A DNA stretch of 64,000 nt, taken from positions 70,556,001-70,620,000 of the forward strand of contig OX597817.1 in NCBI GenBank assembly GCA_951406725.2, in the 5' to 3' direction. Shown in pieces: positions 39,126-51,724 of this stretch; the stretch's first letter is position 1; the number at the start of each line of letters is the position of its first letter. The position numbers were made by a program, and so were the translations under genes. The DNA comes from Octopus vulgaris. Lineage: Eukaryota. The notes beneath the pieces were generated by a model. The model saw nothing but the letters and a program-made list of their open reading frames with translations. It did no database searches and had not been told where the DNA came from.

Positions 39126-40803
39126 TACATATTGTAGAATTGCTACAGATGCAGGTAATCACGATTCAGTAAAGCTATTTCCTGCAATTATTCAGTTCTT
39201 TGACTAAAAGAATTGTGGCTTACAGTCAAAATTGGTTGCTTTCAACATCACACCTATTGAAACTGTAAACGCACTCATTAATTATATAAAGGAAATTCTT
39301 TGAGATATGTATTACATCCAAACATTATATTGCAATGACAACTGCAAAATAATGTTTGAATGAGTCGGACATTAAGAAACTGGTGATGTTTGCAAACTTG
39401 AAGAATATGTTTCGAAAGAGATCGTTAATTGGAGAGCGTTGCTCAGCACATGTTTTAAACAACCGTATCTATCATGCAGCAGGAATAATGGATATTGATA
39501 CTGAAAATATTACTTGTAGTATTTATCAATATCTTTATAGTTACAGAGTTCGAACTGAACAGCAAGCGGTAGTAACAAGATTGTGTTGAAATTGAATTCA
39601 AGAAGTTTCGCTCCCATAAAGATTCACTAATGTTACTATCGCTTGATATAGCCAGCCCAATACTGACGATGTTTCTTGCTTTGAAATTCTTCTTTCTACC
39701 ACGAGGCAAACCACCCACAACAATTAAAAAATTCTTTGAGAATAAAGCAAGCGAGGTTTAACTCCTGCATTCATTTGCAGATGTATTATCTCTCCCTCTC
39801 TCACACACAATCACACGCAACACGCGCGCGCGCGCATTCAGGCATTTAGAAATGAAAGCAGTTCTGTTGTAGGAAGTGTTGACAATTTAGAATCTGTTCA
39901 TGAAATGCTCGAAGAACGCAACAGACAGAAATATATGCCCTTGATAGTTAAAGGATTACTTGCTCAAAAACGCTAAGAAGGAAATGAGAATGAGTGTAAC
40001 AAGTTTGTACTAAAATATTTAATATATACAACAGATGGCTGGGGTATATTGAGAAATGGATTAAGCCAGTGGTAGACTGTTCATGCTTCGCGTGGATAAC
40101 CTTGAATGAAATACCAAACTGGACCGATGTGGAGCCGCGTGTCAAATATTTGATTGATAGAGGCGCAGAAGTTGATGATGTGGTGTGTTTTGATCAAGCT
40201 GGTAATATGAAGCAGTTTGTGGAAAATTACAAAAGCTATGAAGAATTTAGTAATCTACCAACACATAAAACGTGAACCAGACATTTTGAAAAAAAAAAAT
40301 AGCGGTTGAATGCCAGTGAGGATAGCTAAGACTTTCATAATTCTTCTTTGCCATTTCATCTCACAATGCAAATGTAGAGATGGTTTTTGTACATATTTCT
40401 TCTCATTGATGCAAAGTCAGTGAACAAAGGAAAGGAACGAATTAACTGTTGAAACCCGTGAAAAGCATTGTGACTTATACAGTACAACTTCCGAGAAATA
40501 TCTCGAGGTGAAATCCATAGCTTTCTAAAGAGCAGTCAGCCAATACTTTTTCAAACCCGATCTACGTAAAAGTATATACATGAACACAACAAATGACACA
40601 CATTGGGAGAAAGAAAACTATGTAGCTAAAGGAATGACGATATTCAACTTAAGCAAAGGTAACTTCTTTTCATTTTTTTAATGTTTCTATTGTATCTTTA
40701 TCTGTTTATCAGCCTACATTAAAACATTAAAACAGTGCAATACAGTATATATCGATATTGGTGTATATATGTATGTACGATATATGCGTGCGTGATGTAT
40801 GTA

Positions 40804-40922
<119 letters not shown>

Positions 40923-41004
40923 AGGTAGGAATGAATATGTGTTAAATAAAGAACAAGAGCAAGAAAATGAAAATGAAATAACATGGAAACACCTTAGAAA
41001 AAAA

Positions 41005-41190
41005 GATTCAGTGACTGGGTTGCGGCCATGATGGGGCACCGCCTTGAAAGATTTAGTTGGGCAAATTCACCTTAATATTTGATTTTAAGTCTGGTACATG
41101 TTGAACTGAATATAAACAAACCAACACCAGTTGCCAAGCAGAGCGGTGAAGGACAAACACAAACATAAAAAGACATACATCCATACGTGT
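41005..41190 (-). mobile_element. SINE family A fragment
   Basis: gcggccatgatggggcaccgcc...ccaacaccagttgccaagc. Confidence 0.6.
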
Positions 41191-41319
41191 GTGTGTGTGT
41201 ATGTGTGTGTATGTGTGCGTGCGTGCTCGTGTGTGTATACACACATATATATACATACACTCTACGCGCAGTAAATAAGGCCGGTAGTAGGAATATCTTT
41301 TCTTTTTACCAGTCCCCTT

Positions 41320-41570
41320 TTTCGCATGTGACAAGAAGAAAATCACTAAGCTAGCAAACCACATCTGAGACCCGAAAGCCGAAAATACTCAAATGCATCA
41401 CCAAGTGGAGAATACATTAATGGGTTGAAGAGATGCAGGTTTTGTATAAATGAAAGAACTTATATTCTTTTTAAATCTAAGAACTCCACCAACCTTATGA
41501 ACTGGAGATTGGAAATTTTCACAAGATGCAAGCATAATTACAAGTTTCTTTTATCGAACTGGAGAACACC
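41320..41570 (+). pseudogene. Penelope-like GIY-YIG C-terminal fragment
   Basis: TKLANHI*D.K...KW...GLKRCRFCINERTYIL...NLMNWRLEIFTRCKHNYKFLL matches the PLE C-terminal C.LCL.EK..LN.R.E...CRH.KF pattern. Confidence 0.7.
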
Positions 41571-41943
41571 ACCCTTTCCGGATTAGGCATACAGTCCTAC
41601 AAACTTTAGCCTTTCCCCCATCAGATTAATGTTACCAACCATTGTTAATTCATATAAGCTATACCAGCATACCTCTTCTAAAGTTCCAAAAGGACACAAC
41701 TCTTATTCCCCTTAATTTCCCTCCTTCCAGGTTTTCCTTTCTCGTCTTTTTTCTTTCTTTTTTTTTTTTCTCGTTCTTTCTCATTCTTCTCAGATGGCAG
41801 CTTCATATAATTTTGAGCCTGAATGATTGCAAGATAATACATAGCACACTATAAAAGCCCATCCGATTACTGCACTATCCGAGTATAAAAGTTACAGTAG
41901 TTCACTTTTAAATCCTGTTTTATAAAATTACACACACAGTTGG

Positions 41944-41985
41944 CAGTAACTTCGAAGTTCTGGTTTGCTTGCCTTCATCAGACTG
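41944..41985 (-). ncRNA. Degenerate minimal hammerhead motif downstream of the PLE fragment
   Basis: Minus cagt-CTGATGA-aggcaagcaaacca-GAAC-ttcgaa-GTT-actg: stem I cagt/actg and palindromic aacttcgaagtt; one A of GAAA is missing. Confidence 0.5.
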
Positions 41986-42109
41986 ATATAAAGACGAGTG
42001 AGCCAAAAGTGAGCAGTCACTGTCAACCTTCTCCTTGTAAAAGTTTTCTACGAAAGCATATTGAGTAATTCTTCAGTTTAATGTCACATTCTTTTGGATT
42101 TTTTTAAAA

Positions 42110-42590
42110 TCTTTTACTTGTTTCAGGCCGTGGTGGAACATTGTCTTGAAGTCAAACAAATCAAACATCAGTACTTATATTTCTCTAAAGCCTGGAATTT
42201 ATTCTATCTTCTTCCTTCACGAACAGCTATATTACGGGGGCATAAACAAATCAACAGTGGTTGTGTGGTGGGGAGACAAACAAAACAAACATAACGATAC
42301 ACACATACATACATACCTACGTATATATAGGTTTGGCAGTGCAAACAGGAAAAACTCAAAACATGATTTTATATGTATTAATACTTAGCAGAAGCAGCAA
42401 AGTGACTCAAGAGCCTAGAATTTCGAGTGTTATATATGTATGTATATATACGACGGGCTTCTTTCAATTTCCGTCTACTAAATCCACTCACAAAGCTATG
42501 AGCTATAACAGAAGACACTCGCCTAAGATGTTAGGATGCGGGATTGAACCCAAGACCACATGGTTAGGAGGCAGGCTTTTCAATTACACA
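42110..42590 (-). mobile_element. SINE family A, diverged, with a pLTR-like insert at about 42330-42430
   Basis: cgacgggcttctttcaatttccgtctactaaatccactcacaa; the insert resembles 56815-56920. Confidence 0.65.
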
Positions 42591-43436
42591 CCCAATTTAA
42601 CATAGAATCATTTATGTGTGTGTGCATCATTGCGAGAGCGTACGTGTATAAATGTTTGAGTTTACAAACTATTTATAAGGAAAATCACAAAATGTAAGAA
42701 CTATGCACAGTTATTCTTGAACACAAGATGACATAGTTTTATCGTATTCTGAAGCTGAAACTTTTACAAATTATAAATACTAGTTTCTCAATTCAGACCA
42801 TTCATTTACTTAAGTGAATTCGTAAGGAGGCGGTGGGATATAAGCAATGTCAACCTGTACCTGATGACCAGCCTATGCAAGTCGTTTTAAAGGAACGTTA
42901 TTCCATATGCTTTTAATCTATTTGGTTCTAGAAAATTTAGTAACAAATCTTTTAGCAGGTACATTCGTAAGCGGAGAAAGCTAGAGAAAAACAACTCACT
43001 GATGTCTTAGATAATCCTGTAGACGTTTTATATAAAGATTAAAGGAGGTTTATTTTACACGCGCACACGTTGCCTCTCATTCTTTCAATCTTTTTTTTTA
43101 TTCCGTTCACTCCTCTCTTTTTCTTTCACTCTACCCTTTCTTTTACACACGCACACATACACACACAACTTACAACTTTTTCTATCCAGAAAGGGATTTA
43201 ACCTAATATTTACAAGCTATTATTTACAGTATTATCAATTTCCAGTTCTACAGCTAAAAAAAAAAAAGATTTATTTCACGTTTTCTTGAAGTTTCTAAAT
43301 TCTTATTAGCTAAACCTATATATATATATATACCGGAGTAAACACATAAATGTGAAACAAGGTGGAAAAAAGAGTACTCAAATACCAGTGGTAGAGTAAT
43401 ATGCTTTATTTAAAGCAGCAGAAAATTCAACAAAAT

Positions 43437-43474
43437 CTGTTACTCTGAGTTTCTCGTTGCCGTTCATCAGACAG
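43437..43474 (-). ncRNA. Minimal type I hammerhead ribozyme motif (minus copy)
   Basis: Exact reverse complement of 43490-43527. Confidence 0.75.
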
Positions 43475-43489
43475 TTTTTGCTAGAAAAA

Positions 43490-43527
43490 CTGTCTGATGA
43501 ACGGCAACGAGAAACTCAGAGTAACAG
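43490..43527 (+). ncRNA. Minimal type I hammerhead ribozyme motif (plus copy)
   Basis: ctgt-CTGATGA-a cg GCAA cg a-GAAAC-tcaga-GTA-acag: stem I ctgt/acag, 2-bp stem II closed by a GNRA loop, near-palindromic stem III, GUA triplet. Confidence 0.75.
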
Positions 43528-43559
43528 ATTTTGTTGAATTTTCTGCTGCTTTAAATAAA

Positions 43560-43627
<68 letters not shown>

Positions 43628-43629
43628 CA

Positions 43630-43933
43630 ACTTTCAGGAGCAATAGAGGTTTATTGAGACGGAAGGTTGCGGATTATTCATCTTTATCAAAGAACGAAGA
43701 GCAGAAAAAATTCTTTTTATATTTCGCGGTAGGCGACCAGGGATTGCCGAGTATATGTGGAAAAGAGTGTAAGAGTTACGGATCCGCAACTCTTGTATTC
43801 TTTTTCGCACGCTCGGCAACCCTGGTCACCTACCGCGGAATATAAAAAGATCTTTTTTCTGCTCATCGTTCTTCAATAAAGTAAATTAATCCGCAACCTT
43901 CTGTTTCAATAAATTACTATTGTTCCTGAAAGT
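43630..43933. repeat. Imperfect palindrome of about 300 bp (foldback element)
   Basis: Arms of about 150 bp centred on ggatcc at 43780-43785, e.g. cgcggtaggcgaccaggg..gccgag / ctcggc..ccctggtcacctaccgcg. Confidence 0.85.
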
Positions 43934-44029
43934 GTTTTTATTTTAATATATATATATACATTTACAACAGATTGCTCGAAGCTAACTTTCTTCCTACACC
44001 TCGATCTCTGGATCTTTATATATATATAT

Positions 44030-44120
44030 ATGTAAAACTGTAAGAAGAAATAAATGTGAAAATCAGACTATATCGAAATTTGATTCACTAATATGTATAT
44101 TAGTATATGTACATGTATAA

Positions 44121-44184
<64 letters not shown>

Positions 44185-44275
44185 TTATACATGTACATAT
44201 ACTAATATACATATTAGTGAATCAAATTTCGATATAGTCTGATTTTCACATTTATTTCTTCTTACAGTTTTACAT
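44030..44275. repeat. Near-perfect palindrome of about 246 bp centred on (TG)n(TA)n(CA)n
   Basis: atgtaaaactgtaagaagaaataaatg... is mirrored by ...catttatttcttcttacagttttacat. Confidence 0.9.
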
Positions 44276-44462
44276 TATTACACACAGCAATAATACTAGT
44301 ACTTTCACGCTTTCTCCAATCTTCAGGTTTACGTACTAACAGTATTAAAGATAAAGACAGTTGTACTCCTTTTTTGCGAGCAATTTACAACTGTAGTGAA
44401 GTGATATATATGTGTGTATATGTATATATATATATATGTGTGTGTGTATGTGTGTGTGCGTA

Positions 44463-44495
<33 letters not shown>

Positions 44496-44719
44496 GACAC
44501 ACTGTTATAGACATATACACACTATATACATATACATATAGTGGCTATGTGTCTATCTGTGAAGGTAGTGTTCTGGTACCAATAGGAACCTCCTTGGTCG
44601 AGTATACCATGGTCAACACCTAGCTGCAGGGTGAAAGACGCACTACAAAGACCAACTGGAGATTACTATGAAAAGAAACAACATCGAACTTTCAAGAGAA
44701 GACAACCCTACCTTTTCTT

Positions 44720-45090
44720 CCTTTTGGCTGTCTCACTTTAGAGGGAAGTAACTGAAAATATAGAGATGAAATGCCTTCAGCACTACCAAGAGAAGTAAGA
44801 AAAAAAAGCATGCATACTGAGTGACGTCTGACCTTTTCAAATCAAACATGTATATATTCGACGGAAACTTTACATTATGGATTGAGACGTACAAGTCAAG
44901 AAAAGATACATTGAATGAAAGGAAGAAGATTGTCATTGGTGGGGTTTCAAGACACAAACTGCAAACAAGGAAGGTTAGCTAGTAATTCAATTCATAACAA
45001 GATTTTACACACTATACCCAAACTATTTCACATCCACTCACTGACGATTGTAGGAAACTATTTGAGCACCAGACTGGAACTATGGAAAAG
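44720..45090 (+). pseudogene. Highly decayed RTE reverse transcriptase fragment
   Basis: R.VR...CILS..DLF (like RGVRQGCILSPDLFN) followed by IVIGG. Confidence 0.4.
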
Positions 45091-45215
45091 CTTTAATTAC
45101 ATGAGTTACACACACATATACGCGCACGCACACACACACACACACATATGAGCGCGCTTACATATGTATGTATGTAAGCGTTTATGTATGTATCTATATA
45201 TATATATTATATATA

Positions 45216-45355
<140 letters not shown>

Positions 45356-45761
45356 CGCAATTTCTGTCCACAGAGAGATTATTAATTAGCTAATAGCCTT
45401 TAATTAATAGTGTATATAGACTGGAACAGTGTTAAAACTGGTCTATCTCATTTCCAAACAGGGCATGCATGCACTGACAGTGTGGATTAATTCATTAATA
45501 GTACCCTATTATCACAAAACCCGCTGTGTACTGCACTATTAATTAATCCATATATATTTATATGTATATATGTGTGTGTGTGTGAGTGTGTGTATAAATG
45601 AGTGTATGTCTTATAAGTCTACGCACGCACACGTTAGTATGTATATAAGTATAAGTATATTTACACTTCCAAGCTTATCCGGGTGTTTATTCCGGTTTCC
45701 CTGGTAAATACCATTGGCTGACATCTGTTTTCGGTGGAGTACACATATTTAAATACGTATC

Positions 45762-45793
<32 letters not shown>

Positions 45794-45973
45794 TACATGT
45801 ATCATATGTGTGTGTGTGTGTGCGCGCGCGTGTACATAGACACGCACATAGATACTTATACATACGTACTTTAGCTTTGTTCTTAATAGTTGCTAACTAA
45901 TGTCACAAAATCCCTGTTTTTTTTTTTTCTCTCTTTTCCCACCCTGTAAAATCATAAATGATGTAAAAGTCAC

Positions 45974-46052
<79 letters not shown>

Positions 46053-46396
46053 CAGTGTTTTGAAAGTCAAAACTCAGCGTTTGATAATTAATTTATACAT
46101 TTAAATACATTTGTTTTAGCTTTTTTTGTCTTTATTTCTCTATTTTTGTTTTCCGGAGAAAAACTTTTCCTGGCATACGTTTCCTCTTTTCCTTGCTTTT
46201 ACTGCTTCTTTCTGTGTTTTATTTTTAATGTATGTTGGACAAGAAACGGTCTCTCGAAAAATACAAACATATACACTCTAGTTTATGTGCATACATGCAT
46301 GTGTGTACGAATGCGTATATATATATATTGGTACTCATATACATACATACGTACGTACATATATATATATATATATGCGTAAGCATGTATGCATTA

Positions 46397-46773
46397 CTCT
46401 TTTACTGGTTTCAGTCATTTGACTGCGGCCATGCTGGAGCACCGCCTATAGTCGAGCAAATCGACCCCAGGACTTATTCTTTGGAAGCCTAGAACGTATT
46501 CTATCGGTCTCTTTTGCCGAACCGCTACGTAAACACACCACCATCGCTTGTCAAGCGATGTTGGGGGACAAACACACACACACAAACGTATGCACACACA
46601 TACACATATATACAACGGGCTTCTTTCAGTTTCCGGCTACCAAATCCAATCACAAGGCTTTGGTCGGCCCGAGGCTATATTAGAAGATACTTGCCCAACG
46701 TGCCACGCAGTGGGACTGAACCCGGAACCATGTGGTTGGTAAGCAAGCTACTTACCACACAGCCACTCCTGCG
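46397..46773 (-). mobile_element. SINE family A, near full length
   Basis: Collinear with 1165-1573. Confidence 0.9.
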
Positions 46774-47538
46774 TCTATATACAAACATGTACATATATTT
46801 ATGTGTGTGTATATATACAGGCAGCATGCTGAGGGAATCGTTAGCGCGTCGGACAAAATGCTCAGTGGTATTTCTTCCAGCTCATTAAGTTTTTCAAGGC
46901 GATGCCCTAGAGTGGCTGCAGTCTAATGATTGAAACAAGTAAAAGATTATATATATATACATTTGGTGACCGTCGGCTCAATTTCAAGCTTTCACCTTTG
47001 CATTAAAGTTTTTTCTGATGATACAGCTCGGAATTCGCCCAAAGACTTCGCCTAACAATGGCTCCCTATTACTATATCCGTCGAATATGGATCTCCACCC
47101 AAGCCATTCATGAACATACTGTTGAATATAAAGACAGCAGTACAGCAGTACTCGGGTGAGATAACTGAATACATATAAACATCTAGTATTACTCTTTTGA
47201 CATCTGATCTTCCATGAGTGACAAGATCAGCTTTTGAAAGTGTAATAGGAATACGGATAGTGCAGGTGATATGTGACCTCTGCACCCTATTACGTTCAGA
47301 ATTTTAATATACCGCAGCTTTGGCTGGCTCATCCTTTCCTCTGATAGGCAATTCGATTTTTTACAAAATCTGTAGGCTGTTCTTTCTAGTTACAAATCAC
47401 TATTCGCTTCTGTTCAGTTCTGTGTGAGATGCTTCAAATAACAGAGCTAAAATATTTTAATGAGTGAAGGTATTTTTGTGACCTCTGACGAACTTGTTGG
47501 CCTTGTGCCAGAATTTGAAATCATCATTATCATCACTT

Positions 47539-47581
<43 letters not shown>

Positions 47582-48010
47582 GCGGCGGCGGTGAGCTGGC
47601 GGAATCAGTAGCACGGAAAATGCTTAGCGACATTTCGTCTGTTGTGAGTTAAAATTCCACCGAGGTCGACTTTGCCATTCATCCTTTCGGGATCGATGAA
47701 ATAAGTACCAGTTACGCACTGGGGTCGGTGTAATCGGCTTACGCCCTCCTTTGAAATTGCTGGCTGTGTGCCAAAATTTGAAGCCATAAGGCAACGAGCT
47801 GGCAGAATCGTTAGCAAGCCGGGCAAAATACCAAGCGGTATTTCGTCTGTCTTTACGTTCTGAGTTCAAATTCCGCCGAGGTCGACATTGCCTTTCATCC
47901 TTTCGGGGTTGATGAAATACGTACCAGTAACGCACTGGGGTGGATGTAACCGACTTATCCCCTCCCCAAAAATTTCAGGCCTTGTGCTTACAGTAGAAAG
48001 GATTATTATT
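47582..48010 (+). mobile_element. Two tandem SINE family B copies after (GTA)n
   Basis: Heads at about 47588 and 47790; both carry gaggtcgac.ttgcc.ttcatcctttcggg. Confidence 0.85.
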
Positions 48011-48104
48011 ATTATTGTCTGTAGTGAGATGAGATCGTTGATCAAGGACTAATTCAACTAATTCGACATAATATAATTACTTCGGACGCCTAAAATCATG
48101 AAAG

Positions 48105-48150
<46 letters not shown>

Positions 48151-48356
48151 CTGTGTGTGCGTGTGTCACAAGAGTATGTCTTAGGGTGGCGAGCTAGCAG
48201 ATTACGCCCACATCAACTTTGCTTTTTAGCCCCCCACTCCACCCTGTGTTGATAAAATAAAGCACTAGTCTAGTCCTGGGATCGATGGCACTGATTAATC
48301 CCCCTCTTCTAACAATATTGTCCCTGTGCGAAAATTAAAAACAATACACACACACG

Positions 48357-48387
<31 letters not shown>

Positions 48388-48998
48388 CAAAACCTCCTAA
48401 ACCCTTTAAAAAATACTACCCTTAGCAGAATTAGACTCTAGAATCCCTATGAAGGACAATTACACAATATCTATGTCTGGTGCAATATAAGCAACAAACC
48501 AAGAAATCAAGAACTCCATAAACACGTTTACCCCTGAGAGAACTAGAGTTTCCATGAAGGACAACTTAGAACCACAAGAAATAATGAAATACAAGGTTCA
48601 CAGTCAAGAACCACACACGCACGCGCGCCTGGTCGTTACAGTAATGTGCGGTCTGCAGGAACACTTGACTCCACGAAGAAAGGGTATGCAACAACATGTT
48701 TTTTTTAGAAAAGCAGTGGTTATTGTAGTTGCGATAAAAGATGCCGAGAGGAAACATTATATTTGCGAGTTTGACAATAGTTGAAGCGTTATGGCGATTG
48801 AACTTTTGCCAATCGCTGGAATGGTATCCTGGTGAGTTGGCAAAATCTTCAGAACATCAGACGAGATGGCTGTGGGAATACAGTTACGGCCATTTTGTAA
48901 CTTTGTGTTTAAATCGTGCTCAGGTGAACTTTGCCATTCATCCATCAGGATCGATAAAATAAAATGCTAGAGTAGTTTTATTATAGAGCTATGGTGAA

Positions 48999-49320
48999 GG
49001 CGCATGGCTTAGTGTTTAGGAGTATTCGGTTCACGGTCGCAAGGTTGTGAGTTCAATTCCCGACGACGCGTTGTGATCTTGAGCAAGACACTTTATTTCA
49101 CGTTGCTCCTTTACACTCAGCTGGCAAGAAATGAGTACTACCTGTATTTCAAAGGCCAGCTTTGTCACACGCTGTGTCACGCTGAATCTCCCTGAGAACT
49201 ACGTTAAAGGTACACCTGTCTGTGGAGTGCTCAGCCACATGCACGTTAATTTCACGAGCAGGCTTGTTCCGTTGATCGGATCAACTGGAACCCTCGCCAT
49301 CGTAACCGACGGGATGCCAG
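48999..49320 (+). mobile_element. SINE family C (tRNA-derived), full length
   Basis: ggcgcatggcttagtgtttagg (A box), gagttcaattccc (B box), gtgatcttgagcaagacacttt (CORE/V-like block), tail cgtaaccgacggg. Confidence 0.85.
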
Positions 49321-49431
49321 TATAGAGTTACGATATCGATTTTCCAAAACCTTGAAATCCAAAGCCTTCCCAGATTACAGGGTTTTTTTTTTCAAAACAG
49401 GGATGGTCGCCTTGGTCAACACACTCTAAAT

Positions 49432-49964
49432 CTACCTGGAGAATGCTGGATTAGTGATTTTGCCGGATTATCGATTATTGATTTTTTTCTTTACTTACTA
49501 GTACCTTGCATTGTACAATATTAATGAACTAGTATAATAGGAATGAAACTGAAAGTGTATTTTGGTACAATTAACTGCCGATTATCCGGCATCGTTGGTA
49601 CCTGGAGAATGCTGGATTAGTGATTTTGCCGGATTATCGATTATTGATATGGCCCGAGTGTCCATATAAGATTTTTAGGGGTCCACGCAAGAAAATAGCA
49701 AATTGGGAATTCACAAGAGTATTCGAAAAATTTTGCTTTAGATGTATGTATTGGTATATATTGCAAGAAACAGCTAGGTTTCTTTCTCTAACGTTTTGCA
49801 TAGTTCAACCTACACAAATTAACGTGTGAAAAACGAAACAGGAATTTTGAAAAAGTTTCTATAAAACTAGTTTTTAAACATTGAATGGTTATGGGGGGGG
49901 GGGGGCATCAGAATAAGATAGCAATCGAAGAAGTCCATTGATAAAAAATGATTGAGAACCCCTG
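49432..49964. mobile_element. hAT (Charlie-type) MITE whose left end is replaced by a templated patchwork
   Basis: Right TIR ttgagaacccctg; TSD ctctaaat at 49424-49431 and 49965-49972; only one C of the left TIR remains. Confidence 0.75.
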
Positions 49965-50660
49965 CTCTAAATAATGCAAACATTAAATTTACTTACATAA
50001 TTAAATGAAATACAGGTATCTATACATTAGTATAAATTATACTAGTTCATTAATACTGTACAATGCAAGATACTAGTAAACTAATCCGGTGGTTACAAGA
50101 AATTGAAGTTCCTGCACGTAAATTAGTGCGGATTATAAGAGGCTCAGAGTCATCAGAGTTTGGAATATCGGTGTTGTACCTGTATCTATGAAACATCCTG
50201 GGCGCAACAAATCCGGATAGTTAAGCGGCTCACTCTGTATTCACGAGTTCCCGGGTTCGATCCTACTGCATTTCAGCCATTATCACTCTATCCTTCATTT
50301 GGTTTTTCTTCAAATGTATTATCGTGTGCGTTATTCCTATTTTATGATTGTATGCGTGTGATTTGAGGGAGTTTATCTCTCCTCTTCCTTGTCTTCCTCT
50401 TCTCTCTCTTTCTGCATGTTAAGAATTTCTCTAGTAGAATATTTAATATACTTTTATTCATGCTAGGTTTTTAAAGTTTTCTTTGCTCCTGTTCTTTCCA
50501 GTTATAGAAATTAACCTAAGCCATAAATGTTTGCTACTCTTCTCGATTAAATGAATGAGTCTATATCTGATTGAAATTTAAATAAGACAACAGTGTGTTG
50601 ATGACGCTTACTGAGATAGAAACATGTGCTCACAGCTGACATCTTGCCACAACAAAGATT

Positions 50661-51039
50661 CTTTTCTACTCTAGGCACAAAGCCCGAAAATTTTGGGGAG
50701 GGTGCCAGCTGATTAGATCACTGGTACTTAATTTATCGACCCCGAAATGATGAAAGGCAAAGTCGACCTCGGCGGAATTTGAACTCAGAACGTAGCGGCA
50801 GACGAAATACCTATTTCTTTACTACCCACAAGGGGCTAAACACAGAGAGGACAAAGACAGACATACGGATTAAGTCGATTATATCGACCCCAGTGCATAA
50901 CTGGTACTTGTTTAATCAACCCCGAAAGGGTGAAAGTCAAAGTCGACCTCGGCGGAATTTGAACTCAGAACGTAACGGCAGACGAAATACGGCTACGCAT
51001 TTCGCCCGGCGTGCTAACGTTTCTGCCAGCTCGCCGCCT
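50661..51039 (-). mobile_element. Dimeric SINE family B with 19-bp TSD
   Basis: tcttgccacaacaaagatt at 50642-50660 and 51040-51058; two central blocks within. Confidence 0.9.
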
Positions 51040-51724
51040 TCTTGCCACAACAAAGATTATCAAACCGTTTCTTTAATACAGATGTGATTCATTGAGCTTA
51101 TATGCTTTTCTCATTCTGAGTCGATCGCAGGTGTTTGTTTACCATCTCTCTGAAAGAAGATAATTGCCTTACGTCAAGAATTTATCTTGTATGATATTTA
51201 GTACATTTTTCTTCTTTTTTGTTGTCGTAATTCATTGTACTAGCCACTATGAGTTGGAAGCATCTATTGCGTTGTGGAAACCTGTAACGTAAAACATAAG
51301 CAGAAGTAGATTTCACGCCACGGGTTTCTACTTTACGTCAAGATTTTCAGGGAGGCAACGCTTCTGTAATGCGGAAATGCCTGTATTTTTCGTAGCTCAT
51401 TTCCTCTCTCTCATCATTCAGTTTTATTTCAGAATTTCCTGCCAATAGAGTAAGAGCCGGTTTCTAAACAAGATCCAAGACTCTTTCACTGGAATTTCAA
51501 CGACATCAATACAGTATTTTTGCATGTATGTGTATGCGTACAGTGCAAGTGCAGATTTTTGTTTCGTTTTATTCTCATGCATATATTTGCATATGTATGT
51601 ATGTATGTGTTATGTATCTATGTATGTATGTGGGCATACATGTACGTGTGTGTACGCATGTAATGATGAACGTATGTATGTACAGAGTTAATTTTTACCC
51701 CCACCCACACTTTGTTAGAAATAT

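Larger units (their letters stand above)
37600..40620 (+). mobile_element. Decayed hAT-superfamily transposase with nested MITE and SINE
   Basis: BED-like ..EARWLMC..YVSVAN (37690); FSCVRRKTETIVN (38640); IATDAGNHDSVKLFPAIIQFFD (39140); CSAHVLNN..DIDTENI (39440); SHNANVE dimerisation motif (40360); many stops. Confidence 0.8.
43333..43560. mobile_element. Inverted Penelope pLTR pair in (TA)n
   Basis: Perfect 76-bp inverted repeat 43404-43479 / 43485-43560 with a gctag spacer; flanked by (TA)n. Confidence 0.8.

Noticed and set aside
47000-47480. Possible minus-strand Penelope GIY-YIG relic or host exon
   Set aside because: Only vague motif resemblance (VYMYS..CC.AVFI); cannot be supported without a search
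50590-50640. ttgatga...GAAACatgt hammerhead-like string
   Set aside because: Core C is missing, the cleavage triplet is wrong and the stems are weak
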